From assembly GCF_964204645.1 (NCBI RefSeq), contig NC_134031.1, positions 6,572,001 through 6,636,000 on the forward strand: a DNA stretch of 64,000 bases. Direction: 5' to 3'. Below are positions 52,397-62,647 of the stretch, in pieces. Each line of letters begins with the position of its first letter. The stretch's first letter is position 1. A model generated the notes under the pieces. It was not told the origin of the DNA. It did no database searches and worked only from the letters and a program-made list of their open reading frames with translations. The position numbers and the translations under genes are program-made. Source of the stretch: Tubulanus polymorphus. Its lineage: Eukaryota > Animalia > Nemertea.

Positions 52397-52906
52397 AAAA
52401 AGTAACGAGTAATTAACGAGTGAAATAATTCATATTTAAAACAGTGAATATTTATATTTATGTGCGTTAAATTCTTATTTTTTAACATAAAAAGTAACGA
52501 GTAATTAACGAGTGAAATAATTCATATTTAAAACAGTGAATATTTATATTTATGTGCGTTAAATTCTTATTTTTTAACATAAAAAGTAACGAGTAATTAA
52601 CGAGTGAAATAATTCATATTTAAAACAGTGAATATTTATATTTATGTGCGTTAAATTCTTATTTTTTAACATAAAAAGTAACGAGTATTTAACGAGTGAA
52701 ATAATTCATATCTAAAACAGTGAATATTTATATTTATGTGCGTTAAATTCTTATTTTTTAACATAAAAAGTAACGAGTAATTAACGAGTAAAATAATTCA
52801 CGTTTAAAACATTGAATATTTATATTTGAATGAGTTTTAATAGAAATTTTGTTATAAAAAGTAACAAATAATTAACGAGTGAAATAATTCATATTTAAAA
52901 CAGTGA
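52397..52906 (+). repeat. 92-bp tandem array in the left TIR (about 5.5 units)
   Basis: agtaac starts recur at 52401, 52493, 52585, 52677, 52769 and 52860. Confidence 0.95.
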
Positions 52907-54009
52907 GTATCAATTTAAAGAATTTTATCATAATTTAGTGCTGTGTAAAGAATAAAAATATTCACCTGATAGATTCATAGAATTACTATAAAATTAATAT
53001 ATAGATTTGAATATAATTTATACCTTTATCAGTGTTAAAATATAAGTTATATTAGTTAAAAATATATAATATGATAAATCTGTGAAGATGTAGGGTTTAT
53101 TTCAAATAAGACCCCCCTGTGTCTTTATGTCTTTAGTACTTTTAGTACATAAGAATAAATCTTTATATCATTAGTAGTTGAAAAATAAAAATCTAAGTAC
53201 TAATAAAATAAATATTTATTCTTTATGTACTAAAAGTACTAAAACTACTAAAGACAATAAAGACATAAGGGGGTCTTATTTGAAATATTATATATCTTCA
53301 CAGATTTATGTAATTTCTCAACCACTTAATGAAGATTCAATGTATTGTTGATTATTTGGGTCATTGTTCCATAATTCAATGAATTTCTTTGCGCATAATA
53401 TGTGTTTAATACATTAATACGTATTTAATACCATTAATACGTATTTAATATGTATTTAATACATTGATACCTCAACCCCTTTTTTGGTTAACTAATATTT
53501 CATACAATATTTCATACATTTCAGCTAATTTAACAGTCTTATTCGTGATTTATTTCATTTAGTGTATGAGTATACAATGTACACAATTTAATACTTAAAC
53601 AGTTTAACAATCTAATGGATTCATTGTAATACTCTATTATTAATGATAAATGTAAATATATAATTGAATATGATTTATACTTTTCCAAATATTTATAATA
53701 AATCTGTGAGATAAATAAATATTGAAACAGAAATATATATGATAAAACTATTTATATACCTATGTACTAGACGTACGAGTAAGAATCCAATAATCCAAGA
53801 TTCTTACTTTCTTGGCAAGAATCTTACTTTCTTACTCATACGTCTAGTACATAGATATATAAATTAGTTTTTATAAAAATTATAAATATAAATTATTAAT
53901 CTAAGTATAGAAATAGTTATAATATAATCTATTTTTATATATTTCAACCAATTTAACAGTCTATTGCTTAATTTGAATTATACAGTTTATCATCTAATTC
54001 ATGAATATA

Positions 54010-54270
54010 TTAATGATTTCTCAAACTCTTTTTATTTTTATATCTTTTATTACAAATTTCACAACACTTAATATTATTCAATCTATCTGAAATATAATTT
54101 ATATTATCTTTCAATTCTGTATATCTAATTTTACAAGAATCATAAAATTCTAAAAACTGTTTTATACTATAAATTGAAAAAGAAAATAAACCTGTAAGCA
54201 TAATAATTGATTTAATATTCTGTTGATTTTTATATATTAGATGTAATAAGTTTAATATATTTTCACTCAT
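54010..54270 (-). CDS. Small ORF with a hydrophobic segment and a C-terminal C2H2 finger cut by a premature stop
   Basis: IIMLTGLFSFSIY; CEIC-X12-H*YIH, where reading through the TAA completes an H-X3-H finger. Confidence 0.5.
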   Translation of the reverse strand: MSENILNLLHLIYKNQQNIKSIIMLTGLFSFSIYSIKQFLEFYDSCKIRYTELKDNINYISDRLNNIKCCEICNKRYKNKKSLRNH

Positions 54271-54425
54271 TTTTATAGTCAAAATATATGAAATTAAAAG
54301 ATGCTGTTTTAATCCTCTAAATCAATTTCTAAATTAACTTTTTTATTCTTTTTATTTCTGTGATTGTTTCCATTTAACTCCTTTAATTTTTTACTCAATT
54401 TATTATTTTCATTCATTAAATCTTT

Positions 54426-54527
54426 TTAAATATTCTCATAGTGAAAATATAATGCAGCCAAAATTAATCCGACTGCTACAAGATAATGCTTCAAATCACT
54501 TTTCCCAGTTGGAATGAAACCATCCAT
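54426..54527 (-). CDS. 33-aa putative membrane peptide (MDGFIPTGKSDLKHYLVAVGLILAALYFHYENI)
   Basis: ATG in a TAAATG context, one hydrophobic stretch, packed co-directionally between neighbouring ORFs. Confidence 0.4.
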   Translation of the reverse strand: MDGFIPTGKSDLKHYLVAVGLILAALYFHYENI

Positions 54528-54586
54528 TTATTTAAGAAAAAAATTATTAAATTGATAAGTACTCTGAAATATCTTATTTTGAATAT

Positions 54587-55162
54587 TTAGAGTTGAATTA
54601 TTACTTTTGAGTAATGATATTTCGATTTAAGATGGTGTGATTTATTGCTTCGAGTATAATATTTTCCACAATTACATAAAACGCTTTCATTAGGATTATA
54701 TTTAGGCGCAACAATTTCATCATCTAAATTACATTGAATTCCAATATCTTTATATGATTTTTCATTTGGAATGTCAGGGATAAATCTTTTTTCTTCTACT
54801 CTGAAAAACATTACATAGCATTCTCTGAAAGGGCAGTAACGTAAGTGTATGAATAATGTTTTATGTGAATTTTCATTATTAAAAAGTGATTGCATTTCAT
54901 CTGTAATTATTAAATGTTTATCTATTCCATCAAATGTTGTGAATTTTGGAATTATTGTATTGAATAAGAATTTATCTTTATCATTCGATAACTCTATTAT
55001 CAGATAATGATTTTCAAACACTAATTCAGTAATATTTTTCACTTGAAAACGAAGACGTGCAGTTTTAATCAAATCTTTAATAGGAAGGAAATTTTTAATT
55101 GTAAAATATTTTTCTAATTCATTTAAATCGATATCTTTGAAATGTAGTATCTGTTCATTCAT
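54587..55162 (-). CDS. ~190-aa protein: beta-rich N-terminal domain (possible OB-fold) plus C-terminal CxC...H-X5-H zinc finger
   Basis: Likely ATG start MNEQILHF; CNCGKYYTRSNKSHHLKSKYH; a diverged homologue lies at 57490-58063. Confidence 0.65.
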   Translation of the reverse strand: MNEQILHFKDIDLNELEKYFTIKNFLPIKDLIKTARLRFQVKNITELVFENHYLIIELSNDKDKFLFNTIIPKFTTFDGIDKHLIITDEMQSLFNNENSHKTLFIHLRYCPFRECYVMFFRVEEKRFIPDIPNEKSYKDIGIQCNLDDEIVAPKYNPNESVLCNCGKYYTRSNKSHHLKSKYHYSKVIIQL

Positions 55163-55202
55163 ATTTATAAGTAGTTTTTTTATTAAAATTGATATTTTCA
55201 TC

Positions 55203-55685
55203 AACTCGTTAATTACTCGTTACTTTTAAACATAAAATAAGAATTTAACGCATATAAATATAAATATTCACTGTTTTAAATATGAATTATTTCACTCGTT
55301 AATTACTCGTTACTTTTTATAACAAAATTTTTATTAAAACTCATTCAAATATAAATATTCAATGTTTTAAACGTGAATTATTTCACTCGTTAATTACTCG
55401 TTACTTTTTATGTTAAAAAATAAGAATTTAACGCACATAAATATAAATATTCACTGTTTTAAATATGAATTATTTCACTCGTTAATTACTCGTTACTTTT
55501 TATGTTAAAAAATAAGAATTTAACGCACATAAATATAAATATTCACTGTTTTAAATATGAATTATTTCACTCGTTAATTACTCGTTACTTTTTATGTTAA
55601 AAAATAAGAATTTAACGCACATAAATATAAATATTCACTGTTTTAAATATGAATTATTTCACTCGTTAATTACTCGTTACTTTTT
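55203..55685 (-). repeat. 92-bp tandem array in the right TIR
   Basis: Reverse complement of the 52397-52906 unit, with a different arrangement of standard and variant units. Confidence 0.95.
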
Positions 55686-55693
55686 ATATTATT

Positions 55694-55960
55694 TCACTCA
55701 TTATTCTTATTTCTAATATGACTTTTAGATTTTAAATGTTCTTTATAATATCTTTTATCACTGAATGATTGATTACGTGTATCACATTTGTATGTTTCTT
55801 TTTCATTCTTTAATTCATCTAATTTAGTTTCTAATATATCATCTTTATATTCTAATTTCAATTTATTCTCTAAATGTGTTTTAGTTTTATTGTGTCTTGC
55901 TTTTTGAGATTTATCTATATTGATTCTACATGTTGAACAGTAGTACATATTTGCTTCCAT
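55694..55960 (-). CDS. Inverted copy of the 88-aa double zinc-finger gene (second finger has C to R)
   Basis: Four amino-acid differences from 52122-52388; CDTR replaces CDTC. Confidence 0.65.
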   Translation of the reverse strand: MEANMYYCSTCRINIDKSQKARHNKTKTHLENKLKLEYKDDILETKLDELKNEKETYKCDTRNQSFSDKRYYKEHLKSKSHIRNKNNE

Positions 55961-56519
55961 TTTAATACTATTTTTTTTTTAAATTGATTTTAGAAGTTAT
56001 TCATTTATATGTTATTCATATATATGAATATTTTAAGAGTAATAGGGGAAATAGGGGTTCAGGTTAAAGGTTGAAAGGGCGAGTGAGTAAAAAAATGAAA
56101 AATATTAAAGTAATAATAATTTCTACTTGAATTAGGAGTGCAACTCATAAAAAATGAAAAATAAATTCGAGCGTGCGAGAATTATTTTTCATTTTTTATG
56201 AGTTTCGCGAGTTGTTGGCTGATCGTTCTCACGCGGAGAATTACTGCAGGAACCCGGATAATGAACCGGAAGGACCCTGATGTTATACTGTGGATCCTGC
56301 AAAACGGTGGGAGTACTGTAACTTACCCCTCTGTATAGGTAGGTCTTACCAAATTCAACTTACACCCAATCACTATTTTTATCTCAGACTAAGTGATTAC
56401 TGCGGTCTTTGCAAACGAATTGACCAACTTGTATGCAATAATGTAATAAAGGCATACACATTTCAAAAAGCTGTCTGGAGAAAACATCGAGCACCGGATA
56501 CTTTTCTGTTGTTTCTTTT

Positions 56520-56889
56520 CTCTCTGAATGTAGTCGAACGTAATTGGTCTGACCTCGCAGCAGAAATCAGGAGGGCATCGGCAAAGTTTATCCCAATGAA
56601 AACCCTGGGAACCCGCCCCCAGCTGCCCTGGATGACCCAACACATTAGACGTCTTATACGTAAGAGCAAAAATACATAAAGAGGATCTTTATGTATTTTT
56701 GGTAAGAGGGACCGCCTTTATCGCAGGCACAGGAAAACAGGCAATAGTAAGCAACGTAAAGACTTCACCAATCTAAGACACCAAATCCAGAGACTACTTA
56801 GACAGGCAGATAATAAGTATGTCGCAAATCTCCTGAACTCAAGTGAGCAAATTCCAAGTAATCTTTCCACGAAAAACTTGTTCTCGTAC
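56520..56889 (+). mobile_element. Degraded LINE fragment (CR1/RTE-like region between endonuclease and RT)
   Basis: VERNWSDL...FIPMK...LPWMTQHIRRLIRKRDRLYRR pattern. Confidence 0.6.
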
Positions 56890-57349
56890 ATGAGTTACAT
56901 TGCTAGTCTATAAATGTCTAAATAATCTGGCACCACCATATTTGCAGTCACTTATATCCTTGCATGTACCGAGTAGGTCACTTCGTTCCAGCCAAGATAC
57001 TAGTCGTTTGAACATTCCTTTTAGCAATAAATCCAGCTGTAAGAGAGCTTTTAGTTTAGCTGCTCCAGCTCTTTGGAATGCCCTGCCTGTCTCTGTAAGG
57101 CTTAGTCCATCAGTGCAATGTTTTAAGTCAAATTTAAAAACGCACCTTTTTAAAAGGACTTGTATGTTTTAAGCTATTTTACTGTGTCTTTGCTCCTGCT
57201 GTATTATCATATGCTTTTTAAGTTCTTGATTTTATGTAAATGTATTAACCCTTTGTACAGCGCATAGATTATTATTTTAGTTACGCGCTATATGAGAAAT
57301 TAATCATTATCATTATCATTATCATTATCTATATCATTATCAATTATCA

Positions 57350-57390
<41 letters not shown>

Positions 57391-57460
57391 TATTATTATT
57401 ATTATTATTATTACTATTACTATTATTATTATCATTATTATTATTATTTTTATTAATTAA
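56890..57460 (+). mobile_element. 3' end of an L2-clade LINE with (ATT/ATC)n tail
   Basis: LVYKCLNNLAPPYL...RSLRS...RAFSLAAPALWNALP...FKSNLKTHLF followed by a 3' UTR and trinucleotide tail. Confidence 0.85.
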
Positions 57461-57467
57461 TTAATTT

Positions 57468-58382
57468 GAAATATCTTATTTTTAATATTTAGAGTTGAAT
57501 TATTATTTTTGAGTTATAATATTTTGATTTAAGATGTGTGATTTATTGCTTCGAGTATAATATTTTCCACAATTACATAACGCTTTTTCATTAGGTTCAT
57601 ATTTAGGTGTTTCGATTCTATTGTCTAAATTACATTGAATTCCTACATCTTTGAATGATTTTTCATATGGAATGTCTAGGATAAATCTTTTTTCTTGTAA
57701 TCTGAAAACATTACATAGCATTCTCTGAAAGGGCAATAACGTAAATGTAAAAATAATGTTTTATGTGAATTTTCATTATTGAAAAGTGATTGTATTTCAT
57801 CTGTAATTATTAAATGTTGATCTATTTCATCAAATGTTGTGAATTTTGGAATTTATTGTATTGAATAAGATTTTATCTTATTCATTTGATAACTCTATCA
57901 TTAGATAACAGTTTTTAAACATTAATTCCGTAATATTATTCATTTGAAAACGAAAACGTGCAGTTTTAATCAAATCTTGAATAGGAATAAAATTTTTAAT
58001 TGTAAAATATTTTTCTAATTCATGTAAATCGATATCTTTGAATTGTAGTATCTGTTCATTCATATTTATTAGTAATCTTTTTATTGAAATTGATATTTTC
58101 TTCAACTCGTTAATTACTCGTTACTTTTTAATTGACAATTTATTTTACATATTTCTAATTCGAAATCTATATCAATAATGTTCATTTATATGGTATTCAT
58201 ATAAATCTCACACTTTACTCACACTTTTATTCGAAATCTATGAAATTCATATAAATATTGTTCATTTATATAAAATTATTAGAGTAATAGGGTAAGTGTT
58301 TTTTTTTCAGATTAAAGGTTGAAAGGGAGAGTAGGCTCGACCTTTCGACCTTTGATCTGAAAAAAACACTTACCCTATCACT
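57468..58382 (-). mobile_element. Second, partial and diverged member of the AT-rich element family, ending in a fold-back hairpin
   Basis: Frameshifted homologue of the 54587-55162 ORF, a single ctcgttaattactcgttactttt motif, a terminus similar to 55995-56080, and a hairpin 58283-58326/58341-58382. Confidence 0.8.
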
Positions 58383-58739
58383 GCTGTCTGAAAATAATTT
58401 TAAGTTTAAAATAGGATGGAGAGTGCATTGATAGAATCTACGCGGAGAGAAAGTCTGTTATATTTCTATCAGAATTCAACATTCCGTTTAGTAGCTGTTA
58501 GTTGTCGAATCCAAGAGAAGATGAATTTTATGTGATGAAAAAAAGTGGAAAATATGTAAATAATAATAATAATCAACAGAATTACAAGAGGGTTTTCGAC
58601 GAAAGTCAGAAAACCCTAGATACAGAATCCTAATATCATCGCCGAGCGATCTCGGCAATTTTCAATCTAAGTCCCTTAATTTAAGCATAATCATGCAATT
58701 CGTTGGTTGAATGGAGGGGCGTTTCAAATGAACGTACAG

Positions 58740-59200
58740 GTGGTGTGGTCAAATTTTTAACAACAAATGCCTTACCCGGATTTGGAGTTTTGGCAATGTT
58801 TTTAGAAAGGGAACGTGGGAAGCACTCCTCTAGCTGTAATGACCCTTCCTCCAGTTTGAGGACATCAATCAGCATGTCATAAACATGGTCGTCATAGACA
58901 CTCTCGAAAATTGGTTTTGCGATCCACTCTTGTTTTGCTTGGTGTACTCGACTTTGTACCTCAATTCTCCCTTCGCACCGGAATATTTTTTTGAATCCAA
59001 AACGGTTGCATGTCCTCTGTTGGTATTTGCATTATGGGTCATTACAGCTAGAGCAGTCCTTGCCTCCATTCCCTCTATTTTGTAATGAAGTCGTTTTGGT
59101 CTATACTGTAAAACAGTGCCATGAAATACCTCCAGCCCACCAGTATGACAAAATTCAGTTAGTTTTTCTAGATCTTTGTCAATTCTTTGTCCCGTAAAAT
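58740..59200 (-). pseudogene. C-terminal fragment of a DNA transposase (Kolobok/Mutator-like)
   Basis: CHTGGLEVFHGTVLQYRPKRLHY...MEARTALAVMTHN motif recalled from invertebrate DNA transposases; superfamily uncertain. Confidence 0.55.
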
Positions 59201-59244
59201 CAACACACCAATTTATGCGTTTCTGCATTTCTGCGTTTTGAAGA

Positions 59245-60430
59245 AACCGCTAACTCGATACAATGATTTTCGGGAGATTTAAATGAATCATCAAACTCCC
59301 TATGAAACCACTGTTTCTGCGTAACTATGTGGGCTCTGTAGCCACACAATCCACCAACAATAATCTATCCGCTGAAGGTACACTATTTTCCGATGTGCAG
59401 AATACGAATTCTGTACCACCTTCGACGGCTTTAACTTTATCCTTAGTTCTCTTCCGACAATCTGGGAATTTGTGTGTCGGGCTTCTACATAATTTACACC
59501 ATTTTCGCGCACTACTATTCGAGTCACTCTTCTGGCCACAATATTTTGCAATATGGCTAGTGTTCTGACACCTGAAGCAAACACGGAACTCTGGTCACGG
59601 TTTCTATCTAACACCGGATTGCGCATTTTCATAACGCTGTCTTAGCTTCACGCGAATTCTGGGTGGCTTTCGCGGTTTCTTCATAGCTTCTCAAAGCTTG
59701 TTTGAAATCGGAGAATTCTTGTGCCTTCTCGTTTTGAGTTATTACAACTACAAAGGGCTTATACGATACCGGCAACCCTTTTAATACCATTGCTATAAGC
59801 AAACTGTCAGAAATAGTCTCGTCAGCTTCCCGCAGGGCTGTAGCTGCTTTTTCAGCCCTAACGACATAGTCAGTTATTGACTATGAATTCGTTTTTACAA
59901 AGACGTAAGTTCCGTGTAAAGGGAAATAATTGTCGGTTTTCCCTTACCTTTGTAATGCTGACGTAAAATATCCATAGTCTTTTCGCCATTGTCCTTACCA
60001 TCACGGATTACTAGCGATAAGCTCTTGTCGTCTAAGTATTGTATAATCTCGGCAAATGTCTCTCTTCATTTTTATCATCGTTCACAACTTTTCCTTCAAC
60101 GACGTCTTTCAAGTTTTGTACCTCGAGATAACCCATTATCCTAATCTCCCAGAGTTCAAAATCTTTTTCTTCTCCACTGAAACAAAGTCTTGCATATCGA
60201 CCAGGCTCGGGCCTAGGCCCATAACCTGTTGAGGGTTCTGTGTTAGACGCATGAGCCTGGATCACTGATTGACTTTGATTAGCAATTTCGAGTGAGTTCG
60301 AAGGTCAAATTCGTTTGTATGCAGCTGTAGTAAAAATATGTTTGCATGCAGCTTCGGGTTACTGACAACATGCAGCAGTAATGAATCCTTAACATTGTCC
60401 GTAAAATTAACACACCAATTTCTGCTTTTC
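59245..60430 (-). mobile_element. Ty1/copia LTR retrotransposon fragment (LTR end, PBS, degraded gag and protease start)
   Basis: ...AACA|GGTTATGGGCC copia-type PBS at 60216-60226; LDDKSLSLVIRD...IISLYTELTSL gag; knuckles CFRCQNTSHIAKYC and CKLCRSPTHKFPDC; LLVDCVAT protease-like motif; frameshifts. Confidence 0.85.
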
Positions 60431-61543
60431 TGCTGACTGCATTTTGAAGAAACCGACCAGATATCGTTTTCTGCAGGTGCAATTGGGAGATAATTCTAAG
60501 CGACGCTTGAAAATGTTGTACACGTATGTTCTATTCTGATCTATAATCATTTCAAATACGTGCTCTGTAATTATCCGAAACATCACTGCAATACTGAAAT
60601 GTATTATTATTTATACCCACTACTGATATCTGCAAAAATATCCGTACAGATTGCATTCCTGGTAAAACCGAATGGGAGATAATTCCAAGCGACTCTTGAA
60701 AATGTTTTACATGTATGTTCTATTCTGATCTATAATCATTTCAAATACGTGTTCTGTAATTATCCGAAACATCACTGCAATACTAAAATGTATCATTTAT
60801 CATGCACACTACTGATATTTGCAAAACTATCCGTACAGATTGCATTCCTGGTAAAACAGAATCAAGTCTTTCATCGATATCGTGAAGGTCCTTCATTATA
60901 CGGGATTGAGTAGGTATATTTCAAATATGTAGATAGATACTCATCTCTAGAAAAAGTTAAGTATTATCAATGCATTGGTTTCAACTTCCGTTCTTTATTT
61001 GCTAAAATCATTTTCCCTTGCACCAATGGTGGAGCTTAGCGCATTCAGCGCTTGTTGGTATCGAAACTAATGATAATAATGATAATAATTCGTTTTCTAC
61101 TTGACACTTTACAAATTGAATTTAATCTCGGCGCTTTACAAAGTGTAAAAACATAAAAACCATAAGTTTAATGACACATTGAGTTATTAAGTAGGTATAA
61201 AAATATAATCGCATTTCAAATGTTCCTCTAAACAATTACTAGCATCACTTAGTAGCAGATGCTAAATTAGCCGCATCTCACTCCAATTATAAGTCTATCT
61301 GGTCAAAGAGATCGATGAGTTTTTTTAATTTGAATATGTATGCGTATTGGGGACAAAATGCGAAGAAAGTTCTTTAACTGATGGGTATTCGCGAGCTGAT
61401 ACGCGTCAGTTTGTGTCCGCTATCACTTTTCAAATATTCCTTTTGTTAGTATGTTTTGAGCTTTTATGAAGCGGGAAAAATAGCCACAGCTACGTCTGGT
61501 GGGTGTAGATGAAATGCGTGATATGATATCATTCTCCTGTAAT

Positions 61544-62647
61544 CTATTTCACGAAACGGGGCCGAAATAGTTGCATACCAGCTTGTCGGAAATGCGGATT
61601 CGTAACGCTATAGATAAAGAAATTAGCGCACGAATCCACCACGGTCATAAGAATGCCGATTTTTCGGAAAACCATATTAAACCTGTAATTGCTAATTTGT
61701 ATTCCATTCCCTAAAAGTCGATCAATAAGAAAAATGGATTCGCAGGCGATAAAAACGGACACGACTGCGATAACCATCCGCATTACGCGCTGTTCTTTCG
61801 TACCCGATTCTCTCCGGTTGTTCAACATTGATGACATTTTACTGCGTTTCCTCCTCTTAATGAGTAAATTGATAATCAATGCCGCATTTGTTATACATAA
61901 TGATGTGAGTGGAACCATAACAGCTATAATGTATTCAGTCCATTTAAAGATTTTCTGACTCCAATTGAATAGGAAGTCGCGGACCTTGCGACTCTTAATG
62001 AGTGGAACCCCTCTGTTTACTGTTATACTTGGTCCGTTTTCACCACATGGCTTAATGAAGATAAAGCGCCCCCTGGGAACATATTGGGGTATATACATCG
62101 TAGCCGCGAAAAGATGTATGAAAATCAATATAGAATTGACGACTTTTCTTGACCAAAATATCCGGGATTTCAGCGGAAACATAACGATCATCAACCGTTC
62201 AAAACTCAACAACATTACACACCAGTTACGAGTCAGAAGGAATATGTAATAGCCCCCGTTGGAAACCTTGATGAAAGCTTTTCCAAATGCCCAGTCGTCC
62301 ATTCGAAAAAGAATGTTGCCTAAAAGCCGGTAAACATGGGCCGTTCTCGCAGGGTACATGATGAAAACAAACAGCGAGTAGAGCATATCGTTGATAGACA
62401 CGGCTTTAATCAGGTAATATGAGCGGTTTCTCATTTTGTCCAAAATGATAATAGTGAAAGCATTTGAAACTATGCTTATGATTGCTGCCGGTGCATAGAA
62501 ACAGATGTAAATGTAGACGCTGAACTGATATAACCATTGGATAGGTTTCAATCGCCATTTGTCACAGTCGGTAAGTTGGATCAGGCTCGTCGTCGTATTT
62601 TGCATTTCTATTACGGCTTCGTGCGAGAGTGAACGCGGTGTCTGCAT
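61544..62647 (-). CDS. Intronless class A peptide-receptor-like GPCR, paralogue of 50177-51280
   Basis: 367 aa with 17 substitutions relative to the first copy; intact ORF. Confidence 0.88.
   Translation of the reverse strand: MQTPRSLSHEAVIEMQNTTTSLIQLTDCDKWRLKPIQWLYQFSVYIYICFYAPAAIISIVSNAFTIIILDKMRNRSYYLIKAVSINDMLYSLFVFIMYPARTAHVYRLLGNILFRMDDWAFGKAFIKVSNGGYYIFLLTRNWCVMLLSFERLMIVMFPLKSRIFWSRKVVNSILIFIHLFAATMYIPQYVPRGRFIFIKPCGENGPSITVNRGVPLIKSRKVRDFLFNWSQKIFKWTEYIIAVMVPLTSLCITNAALIINLLIKRRKRSKMSSMLNNRRESGTKEQRVMRMVIAVVSVFIACESIFLIDRLLGNGIQISNYRFNMVFRKIGILMTVVDSCANFFIYSVTNPHFRQAGMQLFRPRFVK

Larger units (their letters stand above)
51950..56208. mobile_element. Unclassified AT-rich ~4.26-kb element with ~950-bp TIRs and a terminal hairpin
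   Basis: 51948-52906 is the reverse complement of ~55203-56132; hairpin at 56142-56204; sharp compositional shift; no TSD; no transposase motif seen. Confidence 0.85.
51761..56338 (+). pseudogene. Kringle-domain exon, split into 51761-51949 and 56209-56338 by an AT-rich insertion
   Basis: GKMCQPWNSQSPH...[20 protein letters not shown], then [32 protein letters not shown]; in-frame TGA at 56278-56280; candidate donor gtaggt at 56338. Confidence 0.85.

Noticed and set aside
52397-52906. Regular repeats beside small genes as a possible CRISPR-like array
   Set aside because: Units are contiguous near-identical 92-mers without unique spacers; no cas genes; eukaryotic context
51950-56208. Calling the element a Polinton/Maverick, organellar insertion or contaminant
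   Set aside because: No PolB, integrase, capsid or 6-bp TSD; no mitochondrial or plastid genes; precise junctions inside a host kringle exon argue for real integration
59236-60456. 14-bp direct repeat ttttgaagaaaccg at both ends of the copia fragment as a TSD
   Set aside because: Copia TSDs are about 5 bp and the element is truncated; the origin cannot be resolved from this window
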